52,690 bases of DNA. Source: a virus (taxonomy: Duplodnaviria > Caudoviricetes). Below are positions 29,289 through 38,105 of this stretch, in pieces; the stretch's first letter is position 1; each line of letters begins with the position of its first letter. The stretch is from IMG/VR virus record IMGVR_UViG_3300020020_000040, positions 1 through 52,690 of that record; one strand, given 5' to 3'. The position numbers and the translations under genes are program-made. The notes under the pieces were generated by a model. The model did no database searches, was not told the DNA's origin, and saw only the letters and a list, made by a program, of their open reading frames with translations.

Positions 29289-29523
29289 TGAATTCCTTTA
29301 CGTCCTTGATCATACCAAGTGGAATCAGGATGCGTGCGTTACTGTCAGTACCGGCAGTACCAACAGTAGATGCAATAATGATTCCCTCATCCGACTCAGC
29401 AACCAGGAATCCAATGGTATAAATCAAGGGGGGTTTAGCCTCAAGGGTGTCGTTCTGTTCCCATCCAAGATGCGTCTCGGCATCATACCACTGGACAAAT
29501 ACCAACTTAGGGAAGTCGCTCAT
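29269..29523 (-). CDS. Conserved phage hypothetical protein
   Basis: VQWYDA..GW...TIGFLV...IPLGMI pattern; ATGA overlap with nrdB. Confidence 0.65.
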   Translation of the reverse strand: MSDFPKLVFVQWYDAETHLGWEQNDTLEAKPPLIYTIGFLVAESDEGIIIASTVGTAGTDSNARILIPLGMIKDVKEFNVPKKD

Positions 29524-30449
29524 GCTTTCCATACCTCATTCCAATTTCCTGTGAGAGTTCCTTTGCCATAATCAACAGCACGGTTCTCAAAGAAGTTAGT
29601 GTGGCCTACGGCATTGACCAACTCCTCAACCCAAGGCAACGGGTTCTTCTTAACTTTGAAGATTCCCTTCAGCCCCATACTAATCAGTCGCCGATCCGCG
29701 ATGTACCGGATGTACCCTTTGACTTCTTCTTTGGTGAGTCCTTCCATTTCGGTGATTCCGAAGGCAAGGTCAATGAAGGCGTCTTCGTGTTTGACCATCG
29801 TTTCAGCAGCCGAGTAAATAGATTCTTTACGCTCATCATTCATGTACCCCTTAGCTTGTAGTCTGAACAGTTTAATCATTGCTTCGGTATGCAGAGATTC
29901 ATCCGCGATACTCCATTGAATGATCTGTCCCATACCGCGTAGCTTACCAAAGCGAGTGAAGTTCAACAGCATGGCGAAGCTACTGAACAGTTGCATACCT
30001 TCAATGAATCCAGAGAACACCGCCATCGTAAGCAGTGGTTCTTCTAGTTCAAGGATGTAATCAGCGAAGGCATGCTTCTCCTTCATCTCAGCATACTTGG
30101 AGAACTCGTTATAGATTGTCTCCGGCATCCCCAGGCTTTCGATCAGATGGGAGTAGGCAGCTACATGCAGTGCCTCTCGCGCACCAAAAGAAAGTAACAT
30201 CATGCGGATCTCTGGGTCCACCGATTCCGGTATGTAGGTTCTGGCATACGCGCTTGCCACGTCTAGGTCCCCCTGAGTGAAGAACCGGAAGAGGTGCGTC
30301 AAAAAAGTCGTCTCTCCAGGTGACAGTCTTAAGTTCCAATCTTTTATGTCCTCGTTTAGAGGCACTTCGTATGGTAGCCAATGCATCTGCTCCGATTGTT
30401 TCCAGTAGTCAAAGAACTCAGGATGTTTGAATGGTTTGAATATACTCAT
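29520..30449 (-). CDS. nrdB: Ribonucleotide reductase class Ia beta subunit
   Basis: FFTQGD, REALHVAAYS (radical Tyr), EGMQLFSSF, DESLH, NFFE. Confidence 0.93.
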   Translation of the reverse strand: MSIFKPFKHPEFFDYWKQSEQMHWLPYEVPLNEDIKDWNLRLSPGETTFLTHLFRFFTQGDLDVASAYARTYIPESVDPEIRMMLLSFGAREALHVAAYSHLIESLGMPETIYNEFSKYAEMKEKHAFADYILELEEPLLTMAVFSGFIEGMQLFSSFAMLLNFTRFGKLRGMGQIIQWSIADESLHTEAMIKLFRLQAKGYMNDERKESIYSAAETMVKHEDAFIDLAFGITEMEGLTKEEVKGYIRYIADRRLISMGLKGIFKVKKNPLPWVEELVNAVGHTNFFENRAVDYGKGTLTGNWNEVWKA

Positions 30450-30658
30450 GTTTTGTATGCCCAATGAATAGAGATGAACTCCATAAGGCAGTCTTCATCT
30501 GAGTGGTTAAGGAACCTATCATCTACTCGTTTAACATACTCAACAATGTGCTCAACGGTAGCGCAATGTTTGATGTTAAGAGTCTTTCCATCTCTAACGA
30601 AACCCCAAGGTTCATCCCAACAATACACATCCTTTGGATTTACTGGCAAGCTAAACAT
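30446..30658 (-). CDS. Hypothetical protein between nrdA and nrdB
   Basis: 70 aa ORF overlapping both neighbours. Confidence 0.5.
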   Translation of the reverse strand: MFSLPVNPKDVYCWDEPWGFVRDGKTLNIKHCATVEHIVEYVKRVDDRFLNHSDEDCLMEFISIHWAYKT

Positions 30659-32400
30659 TCGTCATCTCCCTTAGCCAGTGCAGTCATATCAATCTTGATC
30701 CTTTCGATCTGTTGGCCAATCTTATCAGCCTTCCTCAGCTTGTCAGATCGACAGTAGTACAGTGCTTTGACACCGTGCTTCCATGCTTGGAAGTGACAGG
30801 CGTGTAGATATGCAACGTCAACTGAGGGCGGGAAGAACAAGTTAACCGATTGCCCTTGATCGATATACTCGGCTCGGTCTGCTGCAAACTCAACGACCCA
30901 CCGTTGATCGATCTCCATCGCAGTCTTGAAGACATCTCGTACACCCTCATCAATGTGGTCTAGATGTTGAATGCTACCGTCATGCTGCAAGCACGACTGC
31001 CAATCCTTCTCACTCAGAAGGGCAAGAGATTCGAGTACCGGGTTCCGATGGATATGGCTTCCTGAAAGAGTGTCTTGCCGATAGACGTTTGCACGAATAG
31101 GCTCAACGCTAGGGCTGATGTTCCCAAGAACAATACTAGTAGAAGCAGTGGGTGCGATCGCCATGACGTGGCTGAATCGTTTTCCATTGGCGTACTTAGT
31201 TGCACCTAGTTTCTCCGCGAGAGTTGTGTTAGCCCAGTCAAGTTTACTACGGATGTTGCTGAAGATCTTGAGGTTCAATCCTTTCGCCATCGGGCTTTCC
31301 CATGGGATGCCTTTGCTTTGGAGTAGTGAATGGAATCCCAGAGTACCCACACCAACAGAGCGATATTCACGCACAAAACGAAGGGCTCTCCATAGAGCAT
31401 CAGGAGCGTCACGTTCGAACACCTTGCATACATTCTCCAGCATCAAGAGGATATCGTAATAGAACCAGTGATCGTACTTCCAATCTTCCCAGTACATCAG
31501 GTTCACACTACTAAGACAGCAGACAGCAGTAAGGTCAGGACCAGTGGGCAGTTCAATCTCAGCACACAGGTTACTACCGTACAACTTGTCTGGTCCTACC
31601 TCGGCATCCTTCCTAGCAGTGTCGATGAAGTGGAGGTATGGTTCTCCAGTCTGCATGCGAGTAGCTAGGATCTTTTGCCACAGTTCCTTGGCACTGACCG
31701 TCTTACGGACTACGCCGGTGGGATCAACGAGGTTCCACGAGTCGTCTGCGTTGGCGTCGAGCATGGCACGCTCGATGATCTGCATAAAGTCTTCCGTAAT
31801 GTTGATACCGTGGTGTAGGTTTTCACAACGAAGACGAGGATCACCAGTAGGCTTACGCATATCAAGAAAAAGCTCAATGTCAGGATGACAAATATCGAGA
31901 TAGGCAGCGTAACTACCACGTCGTGTAGTCCCTTGTCGGTATGCTTCAACAGAAGCGTCATAGATTTTCATGTGTGGCATGACACCAACTGACTTGTCGT
32001 CAGCTGATCTGATCTGCACATGAACACCTACCCCACCACCTGCCATACTCAGAGTGTTAGTCTCGCTGAGGTTTTCAATCAAACCTTCAGACGAGTCCTC
32101 CATGTAGTTCAGGTAGCAGGAGATAGGCAAGCCACGTTTGGTTCTGCCGTAGCTCAGGATGGGAGTGGAGAACGAGAGCCATTGCTTAGAGGCGTAGTCA
32201 TACAGTCGTTGTGCATGCTCATCATCAGAAGCAAAGGCTCGTGCTACAAAAGCAAAACGTTCTTGAGGACTGGTCTCATCAGGCTTAAGGTAGGAGTCCT
32301 TCATCCTCAGCAACCCCAGGGGGGTGAACAGGTTGTCCCTGCTCAGGTCGATCGTGATTCCGTAGATAGTCTTGGAGTTCTTGGTCACACTCTCGCTCAT
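30640..32400 (-). CDS. nrdA: Ribonucleotide reductase class Ia alpha subunit (no ATP cone)
   Basis: PISCYL, GGGVG, SNLCAE, AIAPTAS, DQGQS, LYY, C-terminal CLACQ. Confidence 0.95.
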   Translation of the reverse strand: MSESVTKNSKTIYGITIDLSRDNLFTPLGLLRMKDSYLKPDETSPQERFAFVARAFASDDEHAQRLYDYASKQWLSFSTPILSYGRTKRGLPISCYLNYMEDSSEGLIENLSETNTLSMAGGGVGVHVQIRSADDKSVGVMPHMKIYDASVEAYRQGTTRRGSYAAYLDICHPDIELFLDMRKPTGDPRLRCENLHHGINITEDFMQIIERAMLDANADDSWNLVDPTGVVRKTVSAKELWQKILATRMQTGEPYLHFIDTARKDAEVGPDKLYGSNLCAEIELPTGPDLTAVCCLSSVNLMYWEDWKYDHWFYYDILLMLENVCKVFERDAPDALWRALRFVREYRSVGVGTLGFHSLLQSKGIPWESPMAKGLNLKIFSNIRSKLDWANTTLAEKLGATKYANGKRFSHVMAIAPTASTSIVLGNISPSVEPIRANVYRQDTLSGSHIHRNPVLESLALLSEKDWQSCLQHDGSIQHLDHIDEGVRDVFKTAMEIDQRWVVEFAADRAEYIDQGQSVNLFFPPSVDVAYLHACHFQAWKHGVKALYYCRSDKLRKADKIGQQIERIKIDMTALAKGDDECLACQ

Positions 32401-32591
32401 TGATCCGGTTCCTCTTGATCTTCCGAGTCGGATCTCGCGTCGGTTCGATCGGCAATGGTTTTTTCAATGTAGGTAATCCGTTCATTAATCCTGTCTGCGA
32501 ATCGTCGAACGAGATCCTCGGTACTGATGTCGAGGAGTTCGAGGATGTCGACCTCATCATACTGGAGTAGTTCGGTCAGGATCGTTGGCAC
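32397..32591 (-). CDS. Small acidic hypothetical protein
   Basis: DEVDILELLDISTEDLVRRFADRI. Confidence 0.65.
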   Translation of the reverse strand: MPTILTELLQYDEVDILELLDISTEDLVRRFADRINERITYIEKTIADRTDARSDSEDQEEPDQ

Positions 32592-32949
32592 GGCTCTCTT
32601 GCTCCATCAAAAATAGTTCAAGCTTAGCCAGAGAATTCCATGCCTCATGAGCCAAGTGATAACAATTGAAATCAGGATCCACTCTTTCACCCCGATCGTG
32701 GTAGTTCTGGTGTCGTTCTTGTGCATCGGCATACCTCTCATATCCACCAGGTACATGCTTCCAACCACCCGGTGTGTATTTCTTGGCACCATGAGTGGTG
32801 ATCTCCGCCACTGCATAGAGAGCACGAGCGAAGCCAGCCTTCATCAATGCCATGCGGACCTTACCTGCATCCGCCTTGGCACCTGGAATGTGATTGGCTA
32901 GGCCATTAGGATCTTCCTCCACCTTTGGCTTAACAAATTGTCGAAGCAT
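32557..32949 (-). CDS. dATP/dGTP diphosphohydrolase-like protein (DUF5664)
   Basis: GAKADAGK, GAKKY..GW, RH, DPD...HLAH.AWN. Confidence 0.8.
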   Translation of the reverse strand: MLRQFVKPKVEEDPNGLANHIPGAKADAGKVRMALMKAGFARALYAVAEITTHGAKKYTPGGWKHVPGGYERYADAQERHQNYHDRGERVDPDFNCYHLAHEAWNSLAKLELFLMEQESRANDPDRTTPV

Positions 32950-32950
32950 A

Positions 32951-33706
32951 TTAAAATCCGACGACATTTCGGAACTCCGTTTTCTTTTCAGATTTGATTG
33001 CGTCCTTACCACGAAACCATTTGCCACAACTCATGCATGTGTATCGCTGATACTTCAGAGTATTGGCAACCACACTACCACGACGTTGATGGTGATCGCT
33101 ACCACAAGCAGGACAGACAGAAGCATCTGTATACACTCCGACGTTAGGATGATTAGAAATCCAAGGAAGCAACCGCGTGTACAATTTACCAAGTACAAGT
33201 ACATCATTCATGTTGTACTCTTCCATGGTCTTCCATGCATTCTTATCCTTTTGCATACACTGTGCCCATACAGTAAACGGAACCTTACCCTTGAGAGCAA
33301 GACCCAACTGCTTCAGCACATGTTCAAGTTTGTTGCTAGTGAATCGGAACTTACGCTTCACCGTTTCATACAGATCAATCTGTTTGTACGGCGAGGGCGG
33401 TGGCATGTTGGCACGAAGGAACTCAGTGTTCATCACAGGGATATCGAATCGTTTCCCGTTGTAGTGAACCACGAAGTCAGCTTCACTGAGGAAGTTAGAC
33501 AGTCCAACCAGGAGTTCTTTCTTACTCGACTGATTGACACTATCAAAGTAGATCTCGTCACCACCATACCACATGGCCGAGTAGCATAGCAACTCACTGG
33601 TCTCGATCAATCGATCCAGTGGAATGTTCTCTCCCCACAATCCCCACACATAGGCGGTGTTAGGACTGGTCTCGATGTCGATCAGTAGGATCCGAGGTTG
33701 GGTCAT
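32951..33706 (-). CDS. RNase H-like (DEDD) exonuclease with C-terminal Zn ribbon
   Basis: LIDIETSP, HYNGKRFD, YNMNDV, CPACGS...CMSCG. Confidence 0.85.
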   Translation of the reverse strand: MTQPRILLIDIETSPNTAYVWGLWGENIPLDRLIETSELLCYSAMWYGGDEIYFDSVNQSSKKELLVGLSNFLSEADFVVHYNGKRFDIPVMNTEFLRANMPPPSPYKQIDLYETVKRKFRFTSNKLEHVLKQLGLALKGKVPFTVWAQCMQKDKNAWKTMEEYNMNDVLVLGKLYTRLLPWISNHPNVGVYTDASVCPACGSDHHQRRGSVVANTLKYQRYTCMSCGKWFRGKDAIKSEKKTEFRNVVGF

Positions 33707-34040
33707 GTTCAAAGACCTCCATGAAATCATCGAGGTACATGAGTACCATCGGCTGCTTGTGATTTGCTTTAACAACTGCAATGGGGATCATGTGTTTATC
33801 CTTACCATCATCAGCTTGTTTAAGAAATTTATAACCAGAGAACGTGGCAATGTTCTTGCACTCAATTCCGAAAGGGAATTTCTTTTGGGCAGCGGGGGAC
33901 AGTTGAATGTCATTACCTGACTGGCCCATCCCTGTGCTACGTACATCACCAGGTTCTAGATCTGGATACTTAACAAGGATTGAATCTCTAACACGTTGCT
34001 GGAGATTACGTCCCTTCGCCTTAGCTGATGCAGGTTTCAT
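33660..34040 (-). CDS. PD-(D/E)XK endonuclease / Holliday junction resolvase
   Basis: MKPASAKAKGRNLQQ, GNDI, IECKN. Confidence 0.75.
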   Translation of the reverse strand: MKPASAKAKGRNLQQRVRDSILVKYPDLEPGDVRSTGMGQSGNDIQLSPAAQKKFPFGIECKNIATFSGYKFLKQADDGKDKHMIPIAVVKANHKQPMVLMYLDDFMEVFEHDPTSDPTDRHRDQS

Positions 34041-34779
34041 TATGGAATGCAGTAGGTCCATCCAAACAACTTGCACCTGACGCTATCGATTGGAGAACGT
34101 AAGCCCTCTCGGCTTCTGTCCTCATGATTGTCAGCAATCTTTTATTCAGTAAAAACTGATCGAGCATATCATGGAAGTCATACAGATCACGGACATGATC
34201 CGCCATCTCATTCACATACAACTTGTTCAGGATCTTTGCTGACTTAGCAGGACCGATACCCGGTAGACCAGGGATGTCATCACTGTTATCACCCATCAAC
34301 ATCTGTTGCCAGAAGTTGAAGTGTGCATCTGGATCTGATACATTCGTCACCTCACCCTTAACAAAGTTATAGTGAATACCTGGAATCTGTAGCAGATCCT
34401 TGTCGATGGATACGATTACATCCCCATCAGCATAAGCAATACCAAGTTCGTCATCAGTCTCGATATCCTGTGCCAGTTCGAAGTGCCACTTCTCTAGCAG
34501 GTATTCCCTGCATAGCTCAAGGTGGGTAGGCACTGGCACATCACGACGAGAGTGCTTATAGTCTGCATAGATGGAGTGGCGAAAGTTATTCCCTCCCCCG
34601 ATCCAGCCCCTATAATCCTGAGTGTTCATGTTATAGAAGATCTGTTCAATGCATTGATTGATCCGACCCTTAGCTACGTAACCCTCTTCAGGGACAGCAC
34701 CTGCTTCCCTCTCTGCTTTGCGTGGTTCACAACTAGCAGCACATCGATAGGCGATGATGTCGCCATCAAGTAGCAGCAT
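34021..34779 (-). CDS. 5'-3' exonuclease (T7 gp6 / FEN-like)
   Basis: LLDGDIIAY, NFR..YK, ETDD, SIDKDL, GDNSDDIPGLPGIGP. Confidence 0.9.
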   Translation of the reverse strand: MLLLDGDIIAYRCAASCEPRKAEREAGAVPEEGYVAKGRINQCIEQIFYNMNTQDYRGWIGGGNNFRHSIYADYKHSRRDVPVPTHLELCREYLLEKWHFELAQDIETDDELGIAYADGDVIVSIDKDLLQIPGIHYNFVKGEVTNVSDPDAHFNFWQQMLMGDNSDDIPGLPGIGPAKSAKILNKLYVNEMADHVRDLYDFHDMLDQFLLNKRLLTIMRTEAERAYVLQSIASGASCLDGPTAFHNETCIS

Positions 34780-34970
34780 TAATTCTCCGTGAATGGATTC
34801 TCAATAGCTTGCATCACGAAGTATTGAAAGGCGCCTTCAGGCAAGCACTCACGGTAGTAATACTTCCGGATAGTGCTCTGCTGTAGGACATTCCCCGTGA
34901 AGGGGAACGTACCTACATCAACCCAGTCAATACTTTCAGGTGCCTTAAGTAGAGCAGGCACCTGTTTCAT
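34779..34970 (-). CDS. Hypothetical protein
   Basis: TAATG-coupled on both sides. Confidence 0.6.
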   Translation of the reverse strand: MKQVPALLKAPESIDWVDVGTFPFTGNVLQQSTIRKYYYRECLPEGAFQYFVMQAIENPFTEN

Positions 34971-35143
34971 TAGACAACCCGCACGATTGCATAACCCTCG
35001 TCGAGCATCGACACCTGGGGCTGGCGTGCGTTACGCTCAATGACACGAGGACGCATCAGCTTACGGACATGTTGACGAGCACGTTCATAGGTGGCGAAGA
35101 CAGCTTTGACGGTACGCTTGTTGTTACGCTTGATGATGTACAT
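34970..35143 (-). CDS. Small basic hypothetical protein
   Basis: GGAG RBS, MYIIKRNNKR..FATYERARQHVRK. Confidence 0.6.
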   Translation of the reverse strand: MYIIKRNNKRTVKAVFATYERARQHVRKLMRPRVIERNARQPQVSMLDEGYAIVRVV

Positions 35144-35147
35144 ATGA

Positions 35148-35663
35148 TTACTCCGACTTGTTAATGAATGCGACGAACTGTTCTGCGACTTCGAGAACAT
35201 CGTCAATGGTGACGTCGTTGCCCTTGGTGTAGGCAACAGCTTGAGCAAGGCACGACTGACGAACGATATTGTTCTGAGTCTTGGCACGTTCCTCAGCAGT
35301 GGGGTAGTTGTTACTCACAGTACCGCGGCCAGTAGCAGTAGCAGGACTGCTAGTACGGGCGGCCCCATCAGTGTTAGCAGTGGGCACCACCGCATCGGCA
35401 GCCAGTGCCACCACGTCCCAATAACCGCGGTCATTTTTTTCCATGCGGAGTCCAATATCATCACCTTTCTTAGCAGCTGCGATAGCAGCATAAACATCAG
35501 GATTTGCATACACCTTATACAAAGATTTACTACCAGTCGAGACACGGCCATCTCGGCCAGTGCTCTTATACGTTACTGCAAGGAACTCCAGATCATCGCC
35601 CTTGCCACTCTTATTTGGCTGGGTCTTGGCTTCAACATCAACGATCGTCCAAACGATATTCAT
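35148..35663 (-). CDS. Putative ssDNA-binding protein
   Basis: Beta-rich N-domain, low-complexity linker, IVRQSCLAQAV helix; follows the polymerase; highly expressed codon style. Confidence 0.45.
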   Translation of the reverse strand: MNIVWTIVDVEAKTQPNKSGKGDDLEFLAVTYKSTGRDGRVSTGSKSLYKVYANPDVYAAIAAAKKGDDIGLRMEKNDRGYWDVVALAADAVVPTANTDGAARTSSPATATGRGTVSNNYPTAEERAKTQNNIVRQSCLAQAVAYTKGNDVTIDDVLEVAEQFVAFINKSE

Positions 35664-36382
35664 TTATTCAATGACTCCATTTCTAAAAGATTACGTCCGA
35701 CCTTTACCTCACCGGGGAAAGGGATAGACATTGTGTACCCGAAGAGTCTCTCTGCTTCGGAAGGGATGCGGTCAAACTCTTCAAGCATAATCTGACCAAC
35801 TGCTTGCGGATCTTTCGAATCAACAACGATTGAATCGTGAACAGTGATAACCATTTTACCATGAATTTTCTCACGTGTCAAGCGTTTTCGTATGTTGACC
35901 CTAGCGATCGCCATTAGATCATTGCCGGTTCCTTGTATTGGTTTGTTAGTAATCTGTTTGAGATCCCACTTCTCTACGTTCTGTCCCTTCCAGTTCTGGT
36001 AGACATTCTTTTTGAATGGCCACTCCCTACCGGTGAAGACAGTCAGCTTACCGTACCTCTCACAATCCTCCACCCACTGCTGATGTGTCTTATCCAGTCC
36101 GTAATACTTCCGATAGAACTTCTCGATAACATCGTTCCAGAAGTCCTGGTCAGTAGACACATGAGAGAAGTCAGGATCATTAGCGAACCCCCATCCAGTA
36201 CCACGAAAGATCACACGGAAGAGAAAGAACTTAGCAACCCTACGGGTAGGCAGATCGAAAGCTACTCGGTTGAGTTCGTGCGTGTCGTCGCCGTTGAGAA
36301 TCTCTTTGATCCCAACAGGATCCTTAGAAAGTTCAACAGCAAGACGCCACTCCAAACCAGCTGCATCAACGTTGACTAGCAT
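35660..36382 (-). CDS. DNA polymerase family A, C-terminal (palm/fingers) half
   Basis: Motif A VDAAGLEWR, DTH, motif B RRVAKFFLFRVIFRG, NKPIQGTG, motif C TVHDSIV. Confidence 0.9.
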   Translation of the reverse strand: MLVNVDAAGLEWRLAVELSKDPVGIKEILNGDDTHELNRVAFDLPTRRVAKFFLFRVIFRGTGWGFANDPDFSHVSTDQDFWNDVIEKFYRKYYGLDKTHQQWVEDCERYGKLTVFTGREWPFKKNVYQNWKGQNVEKWDLKQITNKPIQGTGNDLMAIARVNIRKRLTREKIHGKMVITVHDSIVVDSKDPQAVGQIMLEEFDRIPSEAERLFGYTMSIPFPGEVKVGRNLLEMESLNK

Positions 36383-36587
36383 CGTAGCGGGCGAGAGCCG
36401 CGGTTGCAGCGGGAAAGACACCAGGCATGTTCTTTACGATCCAGCGCAACTCTTCCACGCACCCCAGCATTTCCGTCACGCCGGCTGCGCCAAGTGTCAC
36501 TAAGACGTCGTCTTCGAATATCTCCCTTGATCTCACGGCATGTGCCATGAGGGCCGCGTCGATCATCGCCTGTGGTATCTCACTCAT
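36366..36587 (-). CDS. Small hypothetical protein inside the split polymerase locus
   Basis: ORF overlapping both neighbours; higher GC. Confidence 0.5.
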   Translation of the reverse strand: MSEIPQAMIDAALMAHAVRSREIFEDDVLVTLGAAGVTEMLGCVEELRWIVKNMPGVFPAATAALARYDASQR

Positions 36588-36819
36588 CATCACCACCCTT
36601 CCATCGTTTCATTGATTCCTTGCGCAGATTTTTATTCAGTAAAATCTTTTCAGCCGCGACCTTAAGTGCTGCATCAGGGAAGTTCTTCAGTGCCTTGATC
36701 TCTTTATCCCGATCAGCTACTTCTACTGTCAGTCGATTGATCAGGTACCTCTGATCCTTGATAGTCTGTTGCAACTTCTCAAAGGTATCTCGCCTGATTG
36801 TGGTTAGCTCATCACTCAT
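36580..36819 (-). CDS. Small coiled-coil protein inside the split polymerase locus
   Basis: ATGAGTGA overlap with the polymerase N-half stop. Confidence 0.55.
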   Translation of the reverse strand: MSDELTTIRRDTFEKLQQTIKDQRYLINRLTVEVADRDKEIKALKNFPDAALKVAAEKILLNKNLRKESMKRWKGGDDE

Positions 36820-37927
36820 ACCTGCTTATGCAGCATAGCTGTGCTGTCTCCGATAGGTTCTGACAGTTAGGTCCATTGGAACTCAGCCTGCCTGTGTCAG
36901 TGACACACAGGTTGAAGTTCGTATAGATATACTCATGGCCATAGCCACCAACATCTTGCTTGTTAGGTAGCCCTTCTAGGTAAGTGTTGATCTCTTTCTG
37001 TAGAGCACGGATCTGTTTAAGATCAGCGATGAGTTCATCACCACCCAGCTTAGATAGAGTGTCGTCGTCAGTAGACCATCTACCTCCAGGAGTCCTGGCA
37101 ATAGGCTCATATCTTCGAGGAAACTGTACATCATACTCCTCCCACTGGAACTTAACCTGTCCTGCCTTAGCACCAGTCTTGTAGTGACCTATCGGTACCT
37201 GTCGCTTCCGCTTAATCGATCCACCAAAGAGTAAAGCAGCAAGCTGATCCGGAGAACCCCAATTGAAATCAGGTATCCCGTGCACAGCAAAATGCTTATC
37301 AAATAATCCTTGAACCTTGGTCTTTGCTTCCGCAGCGAGAGCCAGGCTTTTCGCACGATCATATCGAATCCCATTACGTTCCATTTCAAACAGAACGAGT
37401 ATGTCCTCGCATCCCAATTCGAACAGAGGCATCTGTCGTTCAGGTACGATGTCCATATCGAAGAGCTTCCTGGTAAGGACCACGTCTTGATGCAGATATT
37501 CCATCAGCTTATCAAGCGGTACCTCACTGGTCAGCTTACCCTTGTTCCAGTATTCTTCCTTCACGAAATCCAGCTTACGTTCGCTGAGATATCGGAAGGC
37601 CATGTCATCTAGGCTAGGGTAGGGATTGGTCATCCCGTTAACAAGGAAGTCTGCGTACTGCAGGTCATAGATCTTGACCCCGGAAATGTCAATGCCTATG
37701 TTGACTAGCCAGTGCATGTCGAACTTAGCATTGAACAAGACCATCAGGTCACAGGCATACACACACTCCTGAAGGATCCGTAGTTCATCAGCAGATGGGG
37801 TGACTGTGAAGATAGGACCATCACCGATCTGATAACCGACCGCAATAACAAAGTTGCGTGGGTCTGTCCACGCCCCTCTGTTATGCGACTCAGTCTCTAT
37901 GTCAAGGGTTAGGACCGTTCTGTCCAT
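36812..37927 (-). CDS. DNA polymerase family A, N-terminal (3'-5' exonuclease plus thumb) half
   Basis: ExoI LDIET, ExoII FNAKFD, ExoIII YLHQDV, NWGSPDQ, TGRLSS..PNCQN, then stop. Confidence 0.9.
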   Translation of the reverse strand: MDRTVLTLDIETESHNRGAWTDPRNFVIAVGYQIGDGPIFTVTPSADELRILQECVYACDLMVLFNAKFDMHWLVNIGIDISGVKIYDLQYADFLVNGMTNPYPSLDDMAFRYLSERKLDFVKEEYWNKGKLTSEVPLDKLMEYLHQDVVLTRKLFDMDIVPERQMPLFELGCEDILVLFEMERNGIRYDRAKSLALAAEAKTKVQGLFDKHFAVHGIPDFNWGSPDQLAALLFGGSIKRKRQVPIGHYKTGAKAGQVKFQWEEYDVQFPRRYEPIARTPGGRWSTDDDTLSKLGGDELIADLKQIRALQKEINTYLEGLPNKQDVGGYGHEYIYTNFNLCVTDTGRLSSNGPNCQNLSETAQLCCISRYE

Positions 37928-38093
37928 CGTAATACTGGTTGCTTTTTAGAATAGCTAGTGCCATCTCAAGCTTCTCTTTTACTTCATTGAATCGACCAGC
38001 AGTTCTCCAGAACAAGGGTCCAGTATTCTTAATATAGATATCCAAATAGTCCACTGCCTCAGTGTAACCATTGACTTGCTTTTCATCAGGCAA
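37902..38093 (-). CDS. Hypothetical protein
   Basis: GGAGG RBS with TTG start. Confidence 0.55.
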   Translation of the reverse strand: MPDEKQVNGYTEAVDYLDIYIKNTGPLFWRTAGRFNEVKEKLEMALAILKSNQYYDGQNGPNP

Positions 38094-38105
38094 AATAACC
38101 TCCGG

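Noticed and set aside
28206-32949. MazG plus DUF5664 as evidence of a modified-base (Z or 7-deazaguanine) genome
   Set aside because: No PurZ, DpdA, FolE/QueC/QueD/QueE or base-transferase genes seen; both enzymes are common in ordinary phages
36383-36811. Group I intron or intein in the polymerase
   Set aside because: No recognisable P7/core elements, homing endonuclease or intein termini; the interval is filled by coupled ORFs and the C-half has its own ATG
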